Shown in pieces: positions 25,397-32,000 of a stretch of 32,000 nucleotides of DNA (position 1 is its first letter; each line of letters starts with the position of its first letter). Origin of the DNA: Candidatus Methanoperedens sp. (GTDB lineage Archaea; Halobacteriota; Methanosarcinia; Methanosarcinales; Methanoperedenaceae); NCBI GenBank assembly GCA_027460535.1, contig JAPZAR010000014.1, positions 94,795-126,794 on the forward strand, written 5' to 3'. The position numbers were made by a program, and so were the translations under genes. A model generated the notes under the pieces. The model was not told where the DNA came from, searched no databases, and was given only the letters and a program-made list of their open reading frames with translations.

Positions 25397-28300
25397 TCAA
25401 GAATTCGTAATAATTCCTGTTATAGTTCCAGTCGGCTTCTTGAACAGTTCAATATCCTGCACCACCACAGCGCTCAATGCTGTCGAGACCGTCGTAATAT
25501 TCGTATAATACGTCGGCTCGAAAGACGCCGTAATATTGTATGTGCCCGAAGTGACTGCAAACGAGTAGAATCCTAATGCATTCGTCGTCGTTGAGTTGCT
25601 GATGTTGGTGGATACCTTTACTCCCGGGATGCCCGTTTTGTTCACACTGTCCGTTACTGTACCGTTGATGAACCGTACCAGTGGAAGTATTGTGGTCGCT
25701 GTATGCGTCACCATGGTGGCATTGATATTCCCGCTCGCATCCACCGTTCTTGTACCGATGGTATATGTTGCTGGAACTAAACCCGTGGCGTTGTAATACT
25801 TTACTCCTTTTAAGACATCGTCCTTATAGATGCCATCCAGATAAACTATCACTTTGACGAAATCTGGATTTGATGGATCGGTCCAGGTCCAGTTGATGTA
25901 CGTGGAAGCATAGGTTGTGTTTCTTAAGTTCGTGATGCTGTCAGGTGCAGTGTCATCTGGTAATGGTGCGGTTGTTGCGTTTTGGTACACCCAGGTTTGA
26001 TTGATATTTCCTGCAACGTCAACTGTTCTTGTACTTATCTCGTACAACGTATTCGGAGTCAAACCAGTTGCATTGTAGTACTGATCACCTCTTGTAACAT
26101 TTTTCTGGAATGCTCCGTTGAGGTAAATCATCACTTTTGAGAAATCAGAGTCTTGTGGATCTATCCATGTCCAATTGATATAGCTTGAAGCATAGCTTAT
26201 ATTTTTAAGATCGATAACAGATGCCGGTTCTATTGTTGGAGGTAATGGATTTACGGTTATAGACACACTTCCATAAGCAATATTATTGAACTCATCGATC
26301 TCCTGAATGGTATTGTTGGAATCTGCATTGAGCACTATCTTTGTACTTTCTGTAGCTTCTATAACTGCTGATATTGGTAGATGTTCATTCGCATCAAGGA
26401 GATCGACATTCCATCTATACAATACAGATGCGTTATCTAATGAACTATTTGCGTCCGTATAATTAATAAGTGCCACAGAAATATTCGTTGCTCTTGCAAA
26501 GCCGATATTTCTTAGAGTGGCATTTACAGTAGCAGTCTTGTTCTGAGAATCATAAATCATAAGTGGGCTGCTGATCATAAGATCAGGCAACGCTTTTATT
26601 AGATATGCAGCATCGTTGTTCATCTTACCTATTTCTTCGATTTTGTTTTCAGGGTCGAGTATGGCGTATATCAAATGCGATCCATTAGTTAAATTCAGAC
26701 TCAACGATACATTCGTTCCACCTGTCGGAACATCATGCACTCCGGTGTAAACAAGAGTTCCATTAGGTGGATAATCTTCATAGACCTCAAAGTAAACATT
26801 AGATGCACTCACTCCGCCGATGTTTTGCATTCTTATATCCAAGCGGTATCTGTCCGCCTCATTTGAAATGAGCGAGAAATCTTCTGGAGTTATTCTCAGA
26901 TCTGGAAGAACGCTTATGTTTCTATAAGCCATATTATTTGTTTTACTTATTTCCGAAATTTTATTCAATGGATCAAGGACGACATAAGTAGACGTATTTA
27001 TTTTGGAAATGTTGTATATGATTGACACATTATATTCTCCACCCGGAATAATGGAATCTGCAATAATATCTCCACCTGTCTGAATTCCGGTATCAGGAGT
27101 TCCGTCAAATACCTGAATTGTGAATTTTCCTGAATTCAATACTCCAATATTGCGAACCGTGAAATTAATCGGGATTGTATCCCCAATTTTGAAATTTTTC
27201 GTGACATTAATATCTTCAGAAACTATTGATAAATCCGGCTTTATTTCAAGAACAGAGTAATACACATCATCAAATGTACTATCGAGATTCAGACCCGTGT
27301 TATTGTCAAAAACTATAGAGCTGTTGTGTTTGAGCCATACAAATATCGATTTGTTCGCAGTGGTATCCATAGACAGTTTCCAGTTGATCAAGGAATCGTT
27401 TGTAAGTCTTCTTTCAGGACTCCATAGAAGGTCGAATGAATCTCTGACCGTGTACTTAATATCACCGTCGCCATTGTTGTATCCTCTCCATGCGGCTATG
27501 AGATCTCCTTTTTCATCTGATGAAATTGATACATCAGATATTGAAAAGTCCTGATCACTGATATTTATCGGAGCTGTCCATATACCATTTTTGAACTCAG
27601 AGAACAACACGGAATCTTTTGAGACATTGATTTCCGTGTATTCTGTTTGATTGGATGTTTGATTGAAATAAGATACATTTATCGGTATTTCCTGCGACTG
27701 CACCCATGCAACAGCCGGGACTGTACCATTAAATGCGGGATACGGTTTACTATCTTTGAATTGATTCTCAGTCAGAGGCGCAGGAATGCTCCATATGCCA
27801 TCCCAGAACGAATAGTATATCTCTTTATCTTCATCTGTGCTTGAGTTCCCATCCATATCACGTGTCCAAACTGCTATAGCGGTTCCATCCGATCTCTGCG
27901 CAAGCCTTGGTTCAAAATCCTGCAGGTTATCCGAAGTTAACGCAGCAGGCTGGCTCCAGGCTGTTCCGTTCCAGATAGAATAATGGATATCCAGATCATT
28001 CTTTGTATCCACATTGCTATCGCTGTCATGCATCCAGACAACAGTCACATTTTTACCGTCTGAAGAAATGGATGGCATACCATCAGCTTCCGTATCATTT
28101 GTTATCTTGTCTGGAACAGTCCATGATGTGCCGTTCCAGAATGAATAATATATTTCAAGAGTCGATGTCCAGTTATCAAAAGTATCATTTATGTCCAGCT
28201 TTCCCTTGTCTCCCGTCCATATAGAAACAGCGCTATCATCGTAATATACTGCCTTCGGATTGAGTACAGATGTGTTATCGCTATGGATGGACTCAGGGTC

Positions 28301-30481
28301 GCTCCAGTTAGCACCATTCCAGAAAGAGTAATATATCGACATCTTTGGCGGCATTACAGATATGTCTGTGCCATGCACCCATACAGCTAAAGCGCTACCG
28401 TTCTTATTTGCTGCGATCGCTGGGAAATCATCAGGATAATCATCGTACATTATGGCGTTATCAGGTTTTGATATCGCTAACGCTGAAACTGTTGATAAAG
28501 GCATTTTTGCTGTTGAACGCATCATATCCCATTTCCAGCTAGCCTGCTTTAAAGTCGATAAGGAAGAAATACTCGATTTTAGGCCTGATTTACATCCATC
28601 GGGATAAGTATAAGGTCCTATCTTCCCTTCCCATGTATTCCCAAACCAGCTCCATCCTGCTCTGGCTTTTGCACCAGCTTCGCCACTTAAGCAAAGATTT
28701 ACATCATTTTTTGCAGGTTCAGTATAGATGATAATTACATTAAGATCTCCAATAACATATATTTCGACATAGAGAGGAATTAACTCTCCCCCTTCATCAC
28801 CAAGTTTGAATTTGCCACCTCCTGATACGCCTATTTGGATCATTCTGTTTGACAAACTCATTGTATTATTTGAAAATTCGTATACACTTTCAATGCTACC
28901 ATGAGGTCCTACCACTATAACCACTCCCTGATTGCCTGCTACTGGTATGTTCAACGAATAAGGCGTTGGAATTTCTGCTTCAAAACTGAGATTCAAGAAT
29001 GCCCTGAGTTGATCAAGTGTTAGAGTTTCTGTCTTAATAATGACCTCCCCTGAACCTCCAACCTCAATTTCACCGTTAAGCATGTATCTTGACCTTTTCA
29101 TACATAATCCTGGATAGGTACTACAATAAGAATATTTTCCTGAAGCAAACTGCGTCGTCATATCTTTGATAAGATCTTTTACAACACCTGCTTCTGAGGG
29201 TTTCCATTTACTTTTTACGCCTGAAAATTCCATATCCATATCAAGCAAAGCTGAAATTTCTCCATACCCATCTGTGCTCCACACCCCCGCAACAGTCACT
29301 TGAGGAGGATTGATTGTATGTTCATAACCACCAAAAATAGGAATATTGTTTGGCGTAGTTGAACTCCAGCCATCCCCTAATACATTTGAAGAGTCGAAGT
29401 TGCCTGAGAAAGAATATAATAGTTTTCCATTATCAGACTGCACTTCAATAAAAGGATTTAACAGCCATGGAATTTTTACTGTTTTTATCTGTAATGTTTT
29501 AGCATCCGACTTATGCCCTTCTTTATCATAAGCCGTCACGCTGAGAATCTCCCTGTTTGATAAGCTGCCTGCATTTATTTGAGTGCTCCATCCATCAGCA
29601 CCTTTTGAGGCCACATAATCCTTGCCACCGACAGTAAATACTACGTTATTAATATCGCTAATTCCATCAGGATCACTTACGTCTCCTGTTATGTTCAGGT
29701 TTGCATCTACCCCTTCGAGGAAATAACCCCACGCTTCCGGTTTGATCCCACTTGCAACCGGTGCATTCATGCTTGTTGAAATCATAATATTTACCGAGCT
29801 GGTTCCAACATTTCCCGTATTGTCTTTTACTGATAAGGTGATTCTGTGTTCTCCAACCGACAGGTCGTTCGCACTGATAGTTTCACTCCTTCCAATCTGG
29901 CCATCGATGTTCGATGTCCACACATAGCTGTAAGGCGCTGTTCCTCCCTGTACACTGGCAGCGAAAGCGATAGGGTCACCAAGGGTAAAATAAGAGTTTG
30001 GAGCTGGTGTGATTATAGTTGTGGTGGGTATAGGTCCAGGCGTCGGTGTTGGGGTTGGTGACGGAGTTGGAGGGGAGGGGGAATAAGGCGCCATCTGCGG
30101 ATACCATAGAGAATCAACATCTTCAGTGAATATCCTCGGTCTGACAGCATTTAAGGAATTATCAAGCTCAGCTGGAGCAACTATTAAATTATGTCTAAGT
30201 AAAGAATCAATATCTTCAGTGAATATCCTCGGTCTGACAGCATTTAAGGAATTATCAAGCCCACTTGGAGCAACTATTAATTTTTTTCCAAGTAGAGAAT
30301 CAACATCCTCTGTGAATATCCTGGGCTGAATACCATCGAGTGAACTAGTAAGCCCGACCGGCCCCGCGTTCAGGCTGAAATCGAATGCCGATGCATTCTC
30401 CACATATATTGCGGCTGATGCGCCGCCTATAAAAGCAGGCAGCAGTAATATAAGCAATAGCCCCCGATACTTGATTCCCAT
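25397..30481 (-). CDS. 1694-aa secreted multidomain surface protein (see evidence for the domain order)
   Basis: - Signal peptide LLLILLLPAFIGGASAA.
- Three 31-aa repeats (RPRIFTEDVDSL).
- Linker PSPPTPSPTPTPTPGP.
- PKD-like domain GTAPYSYVWTSNIDG...SVKDNTGN.
- Six to seven blades with IYYSFWNGxxWSxP and SSDGxxxxVVW (Asp-box-like) motifs.
- Three modules of the form PDLxI...RNIG...NN, which look like CARDB.
- Two ~88-aa modules YINWTW-DP-DF..YYNATGL..TRTVD..GNIN.
- C-terminal INGTVTD...GIPGVKV...GFYSF (CarboxypepD_reg-like).

There are dozens of N-x-S/T sequons and no C-terminal TM segment or sorting signal. Confidence 0.85.
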   Translation of the reverse strand: MGIKYRGLLLILLLPAFIGGASAAIYVENASAFDFSLNAGPVGLTSSLDGIQPRIFTEDVDSLLGKKLIVAPSGLDNSLNAVRPRIFTEDIDSLLRHNLIVAPAELDNSLNAVRPRIFTEDVDSLWYPQMAPYSPSPPTPSPTPTPTPGPIPTTTIITPAPNSYFTLGDPIAFAASVQGGTAPYSYVWTSNIDGQIGRSETISANDLSVGEHRITLSVKDNTGNVGTSSVNIMISTSMNAPVASGIKPEAWGYFLEGVDANLNITGDVSDPDGISDINNVVFTVGGKDYVASKGADGWSTQINAGSLSNREILSVTAYDKEGHKSDAKTLQIKTVKIPWLLNPFIEVQSDNGKLLYSFSGNFDSSNVLGDGWSSTTPNNIPIFGGYEHTINPPQVTVAGVWSTDGYGEISALLDMDMEFSGVKSKWKPSEAGVVKDLIKDMTTQFASGKYSYCSTYPGLCMKRSRYMLNGEIEVGGSGEVIIKTETLTLDQLRAFLNLSFEAEIPTPYSLNIPVAGNQGVVIVVGPHGSIESVYEFSNNTMSLSNRMIQIGVSGGGKFKLGDEGGELIPLYVEIYVIGDLNVIIIYTEPAKNDVNLCLSGEAGAKARAGWSWFGNTWEGKIGPYTYPDGCKSGLKSSISSLSTLKQASWKWDMMRSTAKMPLSTVSALAISKPDNAIMYDDYPDDFPAIAANKNGSALAVWVHGTDISVMPPKMSIYYSFWNGANWSDPESIHSDNTSVLNPKAVYYDDSAVSIWTGDKGKLDINDTFDNWTSTLEIYYSFWNGTSWTVPDKITNDTEADGMPSISSDGKNVTVVWMHDSDSNVDTKNDLDIHYSIWNGTAWSQPAALTSDNLQDFEPRLAQRSDGTAIAVWTRDMDGNSSTDEDKEIYYSFWDGIWSIPAPLTENQFKDSKPYPAFNGTVPAVAWVQSQEIPINVSYFNQTSNQTEYTEINVSKDSVLFSEFKNGIWTAPINISDQDFSISDVSISSDEKGDLIAAWRGYNNGDGDIKYTVRDSFDLLWSPERRLTNDSLINWKLSMDTTANKSIFVWLKHNSSIVFDNNTGLNLDSTFDDVYYSVLEIKPDLSIVSEDINVTKNFKIGDTIPINFTVRNIGVLNSGKFTIQVFDGTPDTGIQTGGDIIADSIIPGGEYNVSIIYNISKINTSTYVVLDPLNKISEISKTNNMAYRNISVLPDLRITPEDFSLISNEADRYRLDIRMQNIGGVSASNVYFEVYEDYPPNGTLVYTGVHDVPTGGTNVSLSLNLTNGSHLIYAILDPENKIEEIGKMNNDAAYLIKALPDLMISSPLMIYDSQNKTATVNATLRNIGFARATNISVALINYTDANSSLDNASVLYRWNVDLLDANEHLPISAVIEATESTKIVLNADSNNTIQEIDEFNNIAYGSVSITVNPLPPTIEPASVIDLKNISYASSYINWTWIDPQDSDFSKVMIYLNGAFQKNVTRGDQYYNATGLTPNTLYEISTRTVDVAGNINQTWVYQNATTAPLPDDTAPDSITNLRNTTYASTYINWTWTDPSNPDFVKVIVYLDGIYKDDVLKGVKYYNATGLVPATYTIGTRTVDASGNINATMVTHTATTILPLVRFINGTVTDSVNKTGIPGVKVSTNISNSTTTNALGFYSFAVTSGTYNITASFEPTYYTNITTVSTALSAVVVQDIELFKKPTGTITGIITNS
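30095..30373 (-). repeat. Three tandem 93-bp (31-aa) in-frame repeats at the N-terminus of the giant surface protein
   Basis: GAATCAA(C/T)ATC(T/C)TC(A/T)GTGAATATCC recurs at 30111, 30204 and 30297. The first two plus-strand copies share an identical stretch, TCTTCAGTGAATATCCTCGGTCTGACAGCATTTAAGGAATTATCAAGC; the third is diverged. Confidence 0.85.
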
Positions 30482-30494
30482 GGCAAGAACCTGC

Positions 30495-31343
30495 TTACGG
30501 TCGTTTGTATATCAGGACGATTGCCATGTTTGAAGAACCTTCATCGCCCCAAGCATGCAACCATAAATAATAATACGAAAGATAACCCTCATGGAGTAAA
30601 CCCGTTGTTAGTCCATTAATTGTGCCAAAATATCTTTCATCGCGACTATGCCCACCTTCCGAGCTGCTGTTATGATTAAACGAACCATCTGTTCCATTAA
30701 GTACATATCCATCCAACTTGAATACACTATTTGGTTTACCGTCGGAACCATTTGTATTACTACCATACGAATAGTACTCCCATGAAGCATTATATAATGT
30801 GAATTCACTTGGTATTCTAAATCTGAAGCTATCCACACCATCAATTGCTCTACTCTCAGCTATCAATGTTAAGCCATTAGCATCAGGATACTGGAAGTCA
30901 TAATACTTCGTGTTTGATTTGATAGTGGGATAAGCCACACCTATCGCACCCGACACTTTAGAGATCGCCTCTTCAAGTCGCGTATTGTTCAATAAGCTCA
31001 GGTCTGGATTATTTCTGTCAAACTGCCCCCACGGCATTATCAGGGCTCTGGGTTGCTCTTTAGAATAGTACGCCATTACCCACCCATCAGAGCTCGTGTA
31101 TACGTGCGGAAGTTCGTAATCGGTTGCATTCGGAACTGCAACAATTCCAATTACATATGTGCTTGTTCTATCCTCGATTATCTTGTATACTCCAGCTGCC
31201 TGATCCAGATTGATGCTAGTACCCACATTTACGTAGGCTGATATGCCTGCTTCACTGGTCGCAAAGGCTGCTGATGCAATTCCTGATAATAATAAAACTG
31301 CACACACAAACGTGATTAACGCTGCGAATATTTTTATTCTCAT
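30495..31343 (-). CDS. Secreted 282-aa protein of unknown function, immediately upstream of the giant surface protein gene
   Basis: Signal peptide IFAALITFVCAVLLLSGIASAAFA, a strong AGGAGG Shine-Dalgarno sequence, and a 13-nt gap to the next gene. It is rich in Tyr, Asn, Ser and Gly with several sequons. Confidence 0.7.
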   Translation of the reverse strand: MRIKIFAALITFVCAVLLLSGIASAAFATSEAGISAYVNVGTSINLDQAAGVYKIIEDRTSTYVIGIVAVPNATDYELPHVYTSSDGWVMAYYSKEQPRALIMPWGQFDRNNPDLSLLNNTRLEEAISKVSGAIGVAYPTIKSNTKYYDFQYPDANGLTLIAESRAIDGVDSFRFRIPSEFTLYNASWEYYSYGSNTNGSDGKPNSVFKLDGYVLNGTDGSFNHNSSSEGGHSRDERYFGTINGLTTGLLHEGYLSYYYLWLHAWGDEGSSNMAIVLIYKRP

Positions 31344-31361
31344 ATTTTTTAATCCTCCTAT

Positions 31362-31577
31362 CTAATCTTTAATAAACGGCGGTTTTTCAAGCGGGATTGA
31401 AATAGTGTTTTTAGCGGCGCTGGTCGTGTTCTGGTTATTGTTCGCCATTGAGATATTGCTGCTGCCATTTTCCTTTTCAGGTCTGGTTTTATCCATAGTT
31501 GGTTGAAAAGAAAAAAACAGCGTTAAGCCAAGCAGTACAAGGACCGACAATATAATGATTATGCGTTTATATTTCAT
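31362..31577 (-). CDS. Small single-pass membrane or secreted protein (71 aa), first gene of the surface-protein operon
   Basis: MKYKRIIIILSVLVLLGLTLFFSF is followed by a polar Asn/Ser/Thr-rich tail. There is an 18-nt gap to the next gene, and that gap contains the next gene's Shine-Dalgarno sequence. Confidence 0.5.
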   Translation of the reverse strand: MKYKRIIIILSVLVLLGLTLFFSFQPTMDKTRPEKENGSSNISMANNNQNTTSAAKNTISIPLEKPPFIKD

Positions 31578-31862
31578 ATTTTCCGCCTGCTCGCGCCGCT
31601 TCGCCCGTTAGCAGTAATGCCAGCATCGTTATTCCGGCCGCGATTCTGAGGGCACGCCCTCTGTGAATGTAAATTGATGACAATTTCTACCACCCATCCT
31701 TTGGTATAACGGATGCTCTGGAGCCATTGCAGAGCAATAACACTTCTTTGAGTGTTCGTGCTATCTGACTACATAAAACTTGTGAAATTATTAATATATA
31801 ATATCCTTTAAATAAGTTAATTACTCCCCGAACTCTGGATGGTCTTTAAGATCCCAAAGCCC

Positions 31863-32000
31863 CTACTTCGCCCTCACTATCAGCACAGGCCCATCCTTCC
31901 CGGTAATAATCACCTTTGTCTTGGCCTCGATACTCTCCTCTGACTTTGCCATCCAGTACTCTCCTTGGTACCGTACGTATCCGGTAGCCCCGGGCGTCAT
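31863..32000 (-). CDS. C-terminal end of an NfeD-like protein (OB-fold tail); the gene continues beyond the window
   Basis: ...TPGATGYVRYQGEYWMAKSEESIEAKTKVIITGKDGPVLIVRAK then a stop at 31863-31865. The pattern G-x-V-x-x-x-G-E-x-W-x-A...I-x-x-G-x-x-V-x-V is typical of NfeD C-termini. Confidence 0.45.
   Translation of the reverse strand: MTPGATGYVRYQGEYWMAKSEESIEAKTKVIITGKDGPVLIVRAK

Noticed and set aside
31578-31700. GC-richer stretch upstream of the surface operon, with a 14-bp palindrome GAGGGCACGCCCTC (31648-31661) and a possible 38-codon ORF that overlaps the 71-aa gene start
   Set aside because: The palindrome is a single occurrence with no second site. The ORF needs a TTG start, has no Shine-Dalgarno sequence, and is too short to evaluate. 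It is noted only as a possible operator.

Overview
The window reads as chromosomal DNA from a euryarchaeon, probably methanogen- or Methanosarcinales-like; the species cannot be called from sequence alone. The support is an intron-containing tRNA-Trp whose intron encodes a box C/D sRNA, TGTACA (TRP-box-like) hexamers in front of trpC, a PGF-CTERM-like tail, and large sequon-rich surface proteins.

Housekeeping blocks look more GC-rich by eye. They include trpC-trpB-trpA, a two-subunit 2-oxoacid:ferredoxin oxidoreductase, an RsmB/NOL1/NOP2/Sun methyltransferase, two flavodoxin/WrbA-led operons, an extradiol dioxygenase, and a VOC plus YciI pair.

These blocks alternate with visibly AT-rich accessory segments:
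- Segment 1 (1-5330) lies next to the 3' end of tRNA-Trp. It holds a soluble KAP P-loop NTPase fused to eight phased 39-aa repeats, followed by about 2 kb of almost ORF-free, decayed sequence.
- Segment 2 (14.5-17.4 kb) holds an AbiEi antitoxin with a decayed AbiEii toxin, an orphan 224-aa protein, and an unexplained 100-nt GC-rich patch.
- Segment 3 (25.4-31.6 kb) is a three-gene surface operon ending in a 1694-aa multidomain secreted protein.

Other notable items are two segmented hairpins built from tandem heptamers and followed by T7 tracts, a YwbE ORF that reads through one of those hairpins, and an unlisted 41-aa protein with 9 cysteines upstream of the oxidoreductase. No CRISPR array, transposase or rRNA was seen. 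All function calls come from motif recognition by eye; no database search was possible.
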